Of a stretch of DNA of 64,000 nt, positions 34,875-60,079 are shown one piece after another. The DNA is taken from NCBI RefSeq assembly GCF_009914755.1, contig NC_060925.1. The stretch is one strand, 5' to 3'. The notes under the pieces are model-generated. The model saw only the letters and a list, made by a program, of their open reading frames with translations, did no database searches and was not told the origin of the DNA. The first letter of the stretch is position 1, and every line of letters begins with the position of its first letter. Made by a program: the position numbers and the translations under genes. The stretch comes from the human T2T-CHM13v2.0 reference genome, Homo sapiens.

Positions 34875-36941
34875 CTGTTACATGGGAAAGAAAGACTGCT
34901 GTGAGGTACACAGAAGAAGGGATCACATTGTTTAATCCACATACTCTCTTTCCTAATGTGCTGCTGTACGCATGACACTTCACCTATCACAGTTACGTCT
35001 GGGCTTGGATTAAAAACAACTTCAGACAATCTGGAGGAGTGCTGCTTGGGGAAGGTGGAAATACTGGTTCCTTGGCACATGGATGGAATGATCCTGGGAT
35101 TATCTGAGAGCAGACGTCAGGCCATACTCCTCCCCCATTATTTCCTTCCCAGACACATGGGTCATCAGAACACACCAGGATGTGCGGACACGAGGACAGG
35201 GGAAATCATTTAGGGATAGAAGAAAACGTCGACCAGAGCACCAGAGCTGTTTCAAAGGTGCCATCGCTCCGATCTGCTGGAGTGCTGACACTGGGCTACT
35301 TGACAGGGATGGCAGCTGCTTTCCTGATGGGGCCAGAAAGACCAGGCCTCATCTGCATGTTTGCTGGAGGAAAACAACTCACTTTTTAAAACCTCTTGAT
35401 TCTCTGCATTTCTTAACACATTTTTAAACTTTCAGGAAATAATAATTTAAAATATAACACCACCACTTAAAATTTTTTGGAAAGTCTTTCCCCTATTCTT
35501 CTAGAGTCTCCCATCCAATGTTCCCTCCTGCTCAGTGCTTGGCAGGTTTACCAGTGTCAGGGGCCAAAGGAGGGATTGCATTACCCTAGCAGATGGTGTG
35601 CCACGCTGAAAGAGGGTGTTGTCCACGTGAGTAGGAGGTGCTACAGTCTGAAAGTTACAGACTATGACTCTCCAAATGATCAGGAGACTGTTTTATATGC
35701 TTTCTGTCTGCCCTCCATCTCAGTTTCTCTCCTGGGCTACTTCATCATCAGCTCAATAAATGACTATTTTTGCACAGGCAAGGGTAGTGGCTCTCTAGGG
35801 ATTTCTTTAACAACAATATGATTCTGCAGTGAAATTTGTATGATATAATGCAGGGCCCACACTAGTTTCTCCCATTACCCTCTTCCCCTTTCTAAATAAA
35901 ACTGATGTTTGTGCAGTATGTAGACTAACAACTACTCTGCTAAGCTGTCTAAAATAATCTTTTCTTCTTGAACCTCTGAAAAGAGGTCATTTATGCTGGA
36001 GATTGTTCCCTTGTACCTACTTTCCCTGGTCTGGTTCTTTCTGGCAGAGCCGGTGCCCTCTGCTGCCCCTAGACTAATTCTGCTGCCATAAAGTCTTTGC
36101 CCAACATCAGTGGAGTTTGTCAAAATGAGCGTATCTGGCTCCACGTAAGGCAAACTATCTCAACTTCATTTTTCAAGCCTGTCCAAAATAATATCTATTA
36201 TGCCTAAATACAAAATAGGAAACTTAGAAAAGAGTGACTACAAAAACTGTAAAATTTAAAAGCACTGGTAGATTTCTCATTTCAAATTTCTATACTGGGT
36301 GGAAAAGAAAAAAAAAAGAGCTGGTGACTAATGTGTGGCATACACTCAGCATGAACAAGCAGAGGGGAGAGGGGGCAGCATATGGAGTGGGTCAGTTAGA
36401 GGGTAGGATATTTTGAATTGCAATAGATTGCAGAAACTATAAGGTTTAAGCAATGAATCACACAAAATTCTAATGAGATTGCTGTTACATAAATTTTGCT
36501 GAGAAAGCACAGGCTCTGCCAAGAAAAAGCAAACCATTGTCAAGCTTAATATGATTCAGCTACCTAAATATAACAGAAAATCCACCACGGGTTTAGCAAT
36601 AATCCTGGAGCTAATGGCCACCTTTGGAACCTGAAGATGGAGAAAGTTTCATTGAAGGCTGGCATTCTGAGTATGGGGTATAAACCATCTGCTGGCAGAT
36701 CACCTGAATACCAGATGTCTGCGGAGTCCTTGTCTCAATCAGCACTTTCTGGGATCTAAGCTCTAAGGATATCAAAGGAGAGAACATCTTGATCTAGGTG
36801 GAGTACATGAAGTGCCCTCTCGCCCTACTTTCTTCTCTCTGCAAACAAGGATTGTGGCAAGGATGGATGAGATACAGTTCTTTCACTTTGCCATCATCTG
36901 GAGAAATGCTGTCTTAGTCTAGTTACAGATAATATGTGCTA

Positions 36942-38340
<1,399 letters not shown>

Positions 38341-38397
38341 GCATATTCGAATCTACCCTCATGATTTATCTCAGTTGAAATAGAGTCCCGGAGGTTC

Positions 38398-38408
38398 CAA
38401 GATGGCCG
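38398..38408 (+). promoter_or_regulatory. Intact L1 YY1 site (CAAGATGGCCG)
   Basis: Exact motif near the L1 5' end. Confidence 0.75.
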
Positions 38409-38574
38409 AATAGGAACAGCTCCAGTCTACAGCTCCCAGTGTGAGCAAAACAGAAGACAGGTGATTTCTGCATTTCACCTGAGGTACTGGGTTCATCTCA
38501 CTGGGGCTTGTCGGACAGTGGGTGCAGGACAGTGGGTGCAGCCCATGGAATGTAAGCCAAAGCAGGGTGAGGCA

Positions 38575-38838
38575 TCACCTCACCCCGGAAGCACAAGGGG
38601 TCAGGGAATTCCCTTTCCTAGCCAAGGGAAGTTGTGACAGATGGCACCTGGAAAATCGGGTCACTCCCACCCTAAAACTGCGCTTTTCCAACGGTCTTAG
38701 CAAATGGCACATCAGGAGATTATAACCCGTGCCTGGCTCAGAGGGTCCCACGCCCACGGAGCCTTGCTCATTGCTAGCACAGCAGTCTGAGATCAAACTG
38801 CAAGTAGGCAACGAGGCTGGCGGAGGGGTGCCCACCAT
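38575..38838 (-). CDS. L1 antisense ORF0-like frame (87 aa, MVGTPPPASLPTCSLISDCCASN...); expression unknown
   Basis: Residues 24-110 of ORF 38575..38907 resemble recalled primate ORF0 (MAGAPPPASLPPCSLISDCCASN...RVGVTRFSRC); ATG in gcaATGG context. Confidence 0.6.
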   Translation of the reverse strand: MVGTPPPASLPTCSLISDCCASNEQGSVGVGPSEPGTGYNLLMCHLLRPLEKRSFRVGVTRFSRCHLSQLPLARKGNSLTPCASGVR

Positions 38839-39413
38839 TGCTGAGGCTTGAGTAGGTAAACAAAGTGGCCGGGAAGCTAGATCTGGGTGGAGCCCACCAC
38901 AGCTCAAGGAGGCCTGCCTGCCTCTGTAGACTCCACCTCTAGGGGCAGGGCATAGCTGAACAAAAGGCAGCAGAAACTGCTGCAGACTTAAATGTCCCCG
39001 TCTGACACCTTTGAAGACAATAGTGGTTCTCCCAGAACAGAGTTTGAGATCTGAGAGGCGACAGACTGCCTCCTCAGGTGGGTCTCTGACCCCCCAGTAG
39101 CCTAACTGGGAGGCACCTCCCAGTAGGGGCCGACTGACACCTCACACGGCTGGGTGCCCCTCTGAGACGAAGCTTCCAGAGGAACGATCAGGCAGCAACA
39201 TTGGCTGCTCTGCAATATTCGCTGTTCTGCAGCCTCCACTGGTGATACCCAGGCAAACGGGGTCTGGAGTGGACCTCCAGCAAACTCCAACAAAACTGCA
39301 GCTGAGGGTCCTGACTGTTAGAAGTAAAACTAACAAACAGAAAGGACATCCACACCAAAACCCCATCTGGACATCACCATCATCAAAGACCAAAGGCAGA
39401 TAAAACCACAAAG

Positions 39414-40430
39414 ATGGGGAGAAACCAGAGCAGAAAAGCTGAACATTCTTAAAATAAGAGCGCCTCTTCCCCTCCAAAGGAACGCAGCTCTTTGCCAGCA
39501 ACGGAACAAAGCTGGACGGAGAACAACTTTGATGAGTTGAAAGAAGAAGGCTTCAGATGATCAAACTTTTCCAAGCTAAAGGAGGATGTTCAAACCCATC
39601 GCAAAGAAGCTAAAAACCTTGAAAAAAGATGAGACGAATGGCTAACTAGAATAACCGGTGTAGAGAAGACATTAAATGACCTGATGGAGATGAAAACCAT
39701 GGCATGAGAACTACGTGATGCATGCACAAGCTTCAGTAGCCGATTTGATCAACTGGAAGAAAGGGTATCAGTGACTGAAGATCAAATGAATGAAATGAAG
39801 CGAGAAGAGAAGTTTAGAGAAAAAATAAAAAGAAACAAACAAAGCCTCCAAGAAATATGGGACTATGTGAAAAGACCAAATCTACGTCTGACTGGTGTAC
39901 CTGAAAGTGACGGGGAGTGAAACAGAACCAAGTTGGAAAACACTCTTCAGGATATTATCCAGGAGAACTTCCCCAACCTAGCAAGGCAGGCCAACATTCA
40001 AATTCAGGAAATACAGAGAAAGCCACAAAGATACTTCTCGAGAAGAGCAACTCCAAGGCACATAATTGTCAGATTCACCAAAGGTGAAATGAAGGAAAAA
40101 ATGTTAAGGGCAGCCAGAGAGAAAGGTTGGGTTACCCACAAAGGGAAGCCCATCAGACTAACAGCGGATCTCTTGGCAGAAACTCCACAAGCCAGAAGAG
40201 AGTGGGGGCCAATATTCAACATTCTTAAAGAGAAGAATTTTCAACCCAGAATTTCATATCCAGCCAAACTAAGCTTCATAAGTGAAGGAGGAATAAAATA
40301 CTTTACAGACAAGCAAATGCTGAGAGATTTTGTCACCACCAGGCCTGCCTTACAAGAGCTCCTGAAGGAAGCACTAAACATGGAAAGGAACAACCGGTAC
40401 CAGCCACTCCAAAAACATGCCAAATTGTAA
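39414..40430 (+). pseudogene. L1 ORF1 (disrupted)
   Basis: ATGGGGAGAAAC start with TAA at codon 13; ORF1p C-terminal peptide in ORF 39933..40430 ending QKHAKL. Confidence 0.9.
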
Positions 40431-40493
40431 AGACCATCAATGCTAGGAAGAAACCGCATCAACTAACGAGCAAAATAACCAGCTAACATCATA

Positions 40494-44627
<4,134 letters not shown>

Positions 44628-45028
44628 ACAATGAGAACACCTGGACACAGGATGGGGAACATGACACACCGGGGCCTGTCGTGGAGTGTGGGGAGCGGGG
44701 AGGGATAGCATTAGGAGATATTCCTAATGTAAATGACGAGTTAATGGGTGCAGCACACCAACATGGCACATGTGTACATATGTAACAAACCTGCACGTTG
44801 TGCACATGTACCCTAGAACTTAAAGTATAATTAAAAAAAAAAAAGAAAGAAATAGAGTCCCTACAGACACAGTTTATCTCTTTCATCCTGAAGACTGGTA
44901 AGTCAGCATCAGACTGTTATGAATTGGAGAAAAAACAGAAAAGGAAAGTAACTTTCTGAAGGTCAGGGCCAATAACTCCCTAGCCAAGTCTCTACCTCCT
45001 GCTTTTCCAAAAAGAATGAGGTGCTTAC

Positions 45029-45104
45029 CAGCTCTCCAAAGTGTTTCATGGCATATTCTAACACTCCGGCCGCTGCCTCCGGCTGCTGTAGCTTATTATT
45101 AATG
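45029..45104 (-). CDS. MTOR: MTOR exon 29 (76 nt; (S)INNKLQQPEAAAGVLEYAMKHFGEL, ~1418-1443), FAT domain
   Basis: Acceptor ttttctcag at 45105-6, donor CTG|gtaagc at 45028; translation matches mTOR. Confidence 0.96.
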
Positions 45105-45374
45105 CTGAGAAAACAAAGGGAAAAGGTAGTTACACTCAACAGGTCTGAGGGTAGGAGATGTGGGGGTCATTTGTGGGCAGATGGTTCACCAGCACTTTGA
45201 GGACAATGTCTTGCAGATGCTGAAAGAGTATCAATTATCTATTACCATCCAGAAAGCTCAGTTTAAATCGTTTCATCTGAAAGAGGTTTGTGCTCTCCTC
45301 CCATGATTCTGGGGGTCAGTAATGGGAACACTCATCTTGCTGCTCTGTGGCCCTTCCTTTAAGAGCAGAGACTA

Positions 45375-45930
45375 GGCTGGGTGTGGTGGCTCACGCCTGT
45401 AATCCCAGCACTTTGGGAGGCTGAGGCGGTTGGATCACGAGGTCAGGAGATCAAGACCATCCTGGCTAACAAGGTGAAACCCTGTCTCTACTAAAAATAC
45501 AAAAAAATTAGCCGGGCGTGGTGGCAGGCACCTGTAGTCCCAGCTACTCAGGAGGCTGACGCGGGAGAATGGCGTGAACCTGGGAGGCAGAGCTTGCAGT
45601 GAGCCGAGACCGTGCCACTGCACTCCAGCCTGGGGGACAGAGTGAGACACTGTCTCAAAAAAAAAAAAAAAGAGCATAGACTGGTTTCCTCTCAGACGCC
45701 GGCAGGCAGGCAACATGTGTCTGTTTCTGAAACACCAGAAACCTTGGATACGAAATTATCCCTGTTGTAGTACACAATCATATGAGACTCCTCTGAACTT
45801 TTTTTTTTTTTTTTGAGACCGGGTCTTGCTATGTTGTCCAGGCTGGTCTCGGACTCCTGGGCTCAAGTGATCCTCCTGCCTCAGCCTCCTGAGTAGCTGG
45901 GATTACAGGTACACACCACAGCACCTGGCT
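45375..45930. mobile_element. Plus AluY (~45375-45671) and minus Alu monomer (~45799-45930)
   Basis: AluY diagnostics; TSD ctcctctgaactt around the monomer. Confidence 0.88.
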
Positions 45931-46659
45931 CCTCTGAACTTCTAAGTCTTAACTTCTCATCAGTTGCCTTCAGTAGTAGGAATAACAAAATTAATCAAAA
46001 CCATCAGACTCTGTGAGTGACACAGGTGGCACCAAGGTTGGGGCATGCACGTCAATGACAGAACCCTGGGAGCTGTGGCAATGCAGCCCTGCTGACCGTT
46101 CTGACAGAGCCCACCCCCTTCAAATTCAGATGCCTCCCTAGACCCTCTTCAGGGGCTGTTCCCTTCCACCCTTTGCAGAAGGCTGCCAAGGGACCATATC
46201 TAGAGTTTCTTGAACTGGCCTCTACTGTAGAGAAGCTTTTCACTAATGACACCCTGCTCTGCTGATGCCATCTTTAGGCTGGAGGACTGTTACCACACTG
46301 GGACAACTGGGCAGTGCCACTGGGAGGCCTGGTGCCTGCAGTTGGTTCATCAGAGGCTGCTAGGAGGCCTTGAAAACAGAGTAGCCATGGGGGCTTAGAT
46401 CCTTATTCCTGTAGGAACTTATGCAACTAAGCTCAATACTAAATATAAGCCTGAGTTATGGAAGGAAGGGAAAGAGGGGAGGGTGAAGGAGCTCGCTTGA
46501 GAAATCCACAAGACCACAATGATTATATCTGTTTAAAGGTAGGGAGCAAAATGTGACACATCAACCTGGGAGTCTAGACTGGTTTAATGAGCAAGGATCC
46601 AGTTTACTGCTTTGAGTACAAACTGTCTGCTTGACCAGAATTAATTTTTAAGTGGTTTT

Positions 46660-47000
46660 GGGAAATTCCAGGATTTGAGTTCAATGTGGTAATATGGCAA
46701 GAAATTGCTGTTATAAATATTATTTTTAAAAATCCAAATTCCACCACATTTCTTCCAATAAAACCAAAGGAAATTGCCCAGAAATCTAAAGAAGCTAACA
46801 TTTGTGAAAGTAATAATCTAATGCCTCATGTTTACAAAGCGTTTTCAAATAATCTTTCCAATCCATCACTTCTTTGACCCCATGCATCCCTAAGAGTGGG
46901 AAGGGAGAGGTGTTATCAGACCTGTTTCACTAACGGGGAAGCTAAAGCCCAGGAAAGGCAGGGATTTTCCCCAAGGCCCACAGGAATCAGGAAAGTCCCC
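46660..47000. promoter_or_regulatory. Candidate NF-kB-responsive enhancer (three consensus kB sites)
   Basis: GGGAAATTCC 46660-69, GGGATTTTCC 46961-70, GGGACTTTCC (minus) 46990-99; motif evidence only. Confidence 0.4.
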
Positions 47001-47093
47001 ACAGTAAATCAAGCACCTTATGCCTCTTTGTTAAGGAAAAGTTGAGGGTGAAACAGCCTTGGATTTGGAGTCAGAAGATGGGGTTTTTCCCCA

Positions 47094-47200
47094 TGTCAGA
47101 CTGATCACATGCTGACGTGATAACAAGTTTGAGGGAGACACATCTCACCACATGTGATGGTAAAAACCCAATCATCATGCATAAATGTATACAAAAGGAT
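47094..47200 (-). pseudogene. SNORD13 (U13) snoRNA retrocopy
   Basis: Minus strand ATCCTTTTGTA...ATGATGATTGGGT...GTGAGATGTG...CTTGTTA...GTCTGAC aligns end to end with recalled U13; box C and box D present. Confidence 0.85.
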
Positions 47201-48019
47201 TGAAACTTGGGTTTAACTTTCTGGAGGTCTAATTCTGCCACTTATAAGCTGTGTGATCATAAATAAGTCGTTTCAAAAATTTTAATTTTTAATTTTTTTA
47301 GGTACATAGTAGGACATATTTAACTCATCTTTTTTGAATGTAAATTCCTTATCTATATAACAGGGCTAATATCACCTCCTCCTTCAGAGGGTTCTTCGGG
47401 GAATTAAACAATGAACATGCAATTGCTAAGCAGGTCCTTCACCTGTGTTTGTCCAAGCATAAAAGCTGCTAAAACACAGTGATATGCTTGTCTGCAGAAA
47501 TAACATACACCTACGGTGGAGACTTAAGTTAGGACTAGGAAGTCATCACTGCGAATTCCCAATGTTTCCTGAGTAGAACTGTTCGAGTGTCCAGTATCCA
47601 GTTTCTAGGCTCCAGATTCGTTGGGGAAGCTATGCGGCTGGTGCTTCTTGAGCTGGTACTAAGCAAGGCAATGAACCAGAATATGCTCCATAAGTTAGCC
47701 TGCTACAAAATTCGGAGATGTTTTTAATTTCAGAGTGAAACCACGGCATGATGGTTTCCCTTAGGAAGCCCTATATGAGGTTTTCTAAGCTAAGAATGAA
47801 AAGCAAGTCTAAAGGGACCTACTCCACTGTAGGTTCATTGGGAAGCAGTTCCCAATGCCACTTGGCCCCATAAATCAGGTACTGGGCTTTGTGCCCAATC
47901 ACATGGGGCTGGGTAAACTGTACTAATAATATTACTAGGTATAGATTTGGGATTATCTAGTTCCTTGAAGCCAAATAAAGATTTTGGAAGCATAAGAAAA
48001 CAGGAAAAAAGAAAGCCAG

Positions 48020-51170
<3,151 letters not shown>

Positions 51171-53333
51171 ACACCTACTCTCTTGATTGTTCAAAGAATA
51201 AAGAGATTTTTAGTGAACCAGCTGCTATCAGCCTGTGTATTTATTTCCTCTTCCCCCTTTTTCACTTTAATTTCCTACAGGACTTTCTCCCTAAGCTACA
51301 TTTCTCTTATTTCCTTCTGAGGAGTTCCCATGCACGCCTCTAAAACTGCTGGAGAATACTAATTATGGATGTGGATGCTCTGGACAGTGAAGTCAGCAGG
51401 CTTATTAATCCTGGTGATCAAGAGAGTCTGTTATCTTGTTTGGGATCTTAATTTTTTCTTCTTCCTCCATGCCTTCTGGCACTCCATCACGGGAGGCAAC
51501 AAGAAGAAGATACAAGAAGAAGATACCAAAATAAGAAGAGAGCTCACCATATGTGCCAGGCACTGCGCTTATTGTTTCTATGTATTATTTCGACCCTGTG
51601 AAACTATTATTAATATTCTCATTTTATATATGAAGAAAACACAGCCCAGTAGGTCACAGGCTATTGCCTTCCCTTAAAAGGTGACTTTCTCTTAAAAATG
51701 TTACCACGGAAAAGTATCTTTAGTGCCATGTTGAGGTAAAGAGAAAAAAGTATCTTAAGTAATAATGAAGGGTATACTGCAAGCTCTGCAATGGGAGGGA
51801 CAGGCGGTGTCTTAGCTTTCTCCTCTTGGCATCAGTAGGCACCCAGGAATTAGCTGTAAAATGAACGAGTGTGAGCAATGGGTGGGATGTTTCCATTAAC
51901 TCTCTCTCTAGAACTCATTGTGCAGGAGAAGGGAGCCCTCCTGTGCCTTCATTTTAACTTCCTCACTAACATTCCTCTCTTACTCCCAAGCTCCCATCTC
52001 ACATTTTTTATTTCCTTCCAGAAGCTACTAATATGCCTCCAGCCTTCCACGTGACAAGTCAGCATGCCATCACAGCAGGCTTTTCAAAGACAGCCAGGCT
52101 TATAGTTCAGGCTGCAAAGTGCAGGACAAGCAAGTCTCTGTGAAAATGCAGGAGTTCACAGCCACTAAGTCCCAGATCTCCTGCCTACCTGGGTGATACA
52201 AAGCCGTCCTTTGAATTATGTCCCTTTTCTAATGAGATGTGGTTTTTATGAGACTGAAGGCAGAGACTGTATGTTCGGCTCCTGTGAAGAAATCACCTTT
52301 GCTCAAAAGCCCCCTTAGCGAGGAACTCTTGTTTTACGGGGCAGCTGGGAGTTTTATAAAGCCCATTCTATAAACACCCCCTTGGGTGCCCCTCAGTCTT
52401 TCCCTATTAATGCTGCAGGCTTATAAAGGGCAAACTGTTCAAAGCTCCAGCCCAACAGAAGAGGAGTACGTAACACCACAAACCAGACCCTGCTGATGCT
52501 GGTCTGGTGGAAAAGATCTGAACACAAACAAGTTTAAAGAAACTGAGGCTTGTCAGCAACGTGCCTATAACAGTGTGCAGAAATGACAGGTCAATCAGAT
52601 TTCCCATCTCCTCTTGACGCCTACTGAGGCCAAAAGGAAAAGAGAACTGAGTCCCAAGAATTTTCTAAACTAGTGATTCCCACTGCCTCCCTAACATGGG
52701 TGTGGGGTATGTTGGTATTCTACTCCAGTTTCCAGTTATAACATCCAGTTGCTATCATACAGTTGTGAATCTGTAGAACAAACAGAAACTGCCTATCCGC
52801 ATAATAGAATCCAGAGCCCACAAACTGAACCTGGCGTTAGGAAGACAACGAAGACAGGCGGAAAGGAGAACATGGTGAATCTGGGTATCAGGGGCAGAAG
52901 GAGGCCGCTGTACAGACATATTCATTCTCATTCATTCTCCACTCTCCCCACCCCAGCCCAAGATTGAATTCTGATTAAAGGAGGCTGAATTGCAGAGCCT
53001 CCTTTCATCAAATTCGAGTTTTGAATTGAGCTGGGAAAGTTCTTGGCAATCAAGGAAAACATTTTCTAGAGCTGAGCAGAACTAATACTAAGAAATTGCC
53101 TTGCTGCCTTCCTATAGCAAACATCACACCATTACGCTGAACATCTTATCCCCACTATCCAGAAACCTTGTTCCCAAGGCAGGGCAAGCATGCGAGCTGA
53201 GCAGCGGGTGGTTCAGCTGTGCAGACACTTCCCCCGGCAAAGGCCCTGTCAGGAGTGACGGTAGAGCAGCTCACGTGGGCAGTGGCGCCTGCTGCCTCCC
53301 CATAGCCCTTTCCTCTCAGGCTCTCCCTAGCAG

Positions 53334-55190
<1,857 letters not shown>

Positions 55191-57502
55191 CTAAAAATAA
55201 AAAGAATTCTTACTATGTCTTCATCCTTGTTTCTGTCTGGTCACAGTTTAAATGGTTTGTCTGTCACAATGCCTAGAGGACACGCTAAATCTGTATGTGA
55301 GAAAGTGTGAGCCCTTAGAATAAAGAGGGTAGAATGTTAACAGTTTTTGAGATTAGGAAGTGCGTGGGGGAATGGGGGCGCGTGTGCAAAAAAACTCATC
55401 TTTTCAAGATTGGTGAGTGGAAGTACCACTTTTTAAAAAGAAAAAAATGGAGGAGGGAAGTTGATTGTAATATAATCACCTTTCCAAGATACTTTTACCT
55501 GCGCATATTCTGCATAAATGCATATTTTATACATACTGGTGATGAAAGTATAGATACAATTTTGTATGCTGCCTTTTCACATAACACAGGTATTCTCCAC
55601 TCCATTCAGTCTTCATAATTGCTTTTACTGGCTGCATACCCGTTTCCTCCCACTGATAGATCCCATGGCTGGTTAGCAGCAGCACTTGTTAGATACCAGG
55701 CCACCAGGAGTGCTGCTGATGGCTCCCATTCAGCACTCTCTATGCTAAGTGAACTGTCCTGCAGAAGTTTACAAAGTCAGCTCTGGGAATCCTAGTGCCC
55801 AGCCTCGGAGAGGAATACTGCCCAGCGATGAGCTGGCAAGCTGGCCCATTTGACTCACCGTCTCCAGGCATCTCCTGGTTGGATATAGGGCCCAGGTACC
55901 TTAGCACAACCCAGAATAAGGCAGAGAGAGGTGCACAACCCCAGAATGTCAAAGCACACGACTTTTGCTGGCCAGGTTTGCAACTGAGGAGCCTGTCAGA
56001 GGCGTGTTGTAAAAATGATGAATGGCTGTCACATTTCCAAGGCTCTGGCTGATTTAGGGAGCTATTGGCAGGCACACCGCTCCCAGCATGTCAGCCAGTT
56101 AATTACTTCCAACTTTATCTTACTTGTCAACACTTCTTGACAAATTGGCCATTATCTTTTTATTCTACAACAATGAGCACTGCTCCTTTTCTTGTGATGC
56201 CTGCAGGTTCTTCTCCCCCTTTCTGCTTCTTCACATCCAGAGAGAAACAAAGAGCTCTGAGAGAGACTACTAGAAAGAAGCAGCAGTCAGGAAAAGGATG
56301 GGGAAAAGGAGCAAAAGGGGTGGGCTGATAGAGTGACTCCAAAGCTAATGTTCATCTCTCTTGACTCAAAACTGAGGTGATATTTTGGGTAAAGTCCTGA
56401 TTTCTTGGCTTCTGAATGTCCAAGAACTCTGACTCAGTCCATTATGTGGATAAAGTTGGGAAACAAAACTTAAACAAGCTGGCACCTAGTGATCTGGCAG
56501 CTTGTAACTCTTCACATTTAATTGTAGAAGCAGATGTGAGCTGGTCTTCCACTCTATTAAGGAGTTGGGCCACAGTGTAGGAATAATGATGCCCATTCTG
56601 GGTTCAGGGAAAAGAAAAAACCATGCCCACCTTCTTGGTAATGGATGCCTCATGGAAGAGAACTGTGGCACTCTATAACTGGATTACCAGGATTCACAGC
56701 CAGTGAAAAGTCCAGAAATGTTTGGAGAGACCAGTGGTGCCCCTACTGATATCATCACTGCATGAACAGTCAGAGGTGGCCATGAGGCAGAGCCCAGCAC
56801 CTACTAGATTTCATCAGTTCTAAGACACACATTTTTTTCACACCTTAACATCTCTGAAATTGGGATGCAGCATACAATTCAAGGTTTCAGAGCACTGGGA
56901 CACAGTGTAACTGCTAGCACTTTCTTTCCCTCCCCCAGTGTTATATAAAAATCAGAAGCAGTTTCTCTAAGTCAGCATAAGAGCAGTCCCATTAAATCTC
57001 CAGGTAGTCTGAAGGATAAGCTAGCTTTTGTAGAAGAGTTTAGGGATACCACTGAAATACAGCAAGTTTCTCCCCTTAGAAGGGTCTTGTTTTGTAACAA
57101 TAGCCCCTCTGTCCTTTTGGCCAGCTTTAGGAGAAACCCCAGAACTCTCCTCTTCTTACAATTCCTCGCTGATGGCGAGGTTTCTCCACTGAAGAGCCTT
57201 CCCTGGGGTTCATAAGACGCTCTGCAAGAGCAAGCTGTTACAGTGACCCTGGGGGAAGTCTTGACAGCAGCTAGAAGTAAATGCATGCTCTACTGATAAC
57301 TGGTGAGAGATGTGGCCTCTTGGGCTGAATCTAAAAGTGCATTTGAAAAAAAAAATGGGGCTACAGCAAAGATACAAACTGCTTCTGCTTTTGCTCTTTT
57401 CTCCTACTCTTTGCAGCATGGAGCTTTTCTACAAAGGACACAGATTCTTACAGGCACACTGGCCCTTCTGAAGTCAGCACGAACATAGAAGTTTGGAATG
57501 TG

Positions 57503-59896
<2,394 letters not shown>

Positions 59897-60079
59897 TTAT
59901 GGGGATTTATGTTAGACTAGAGTAGTCAGCAAATACTTTTATGACGAGACAACAATTGTGTACTAAATAATACAATACTACTACTTGGTACAATACTACT
60001 ACTTGATATTTGCTAGACGTTGACTATGTGTCAGATACTAGTTCAAGTGTTTTATGTGCATTATCTATTTTTACACAAA

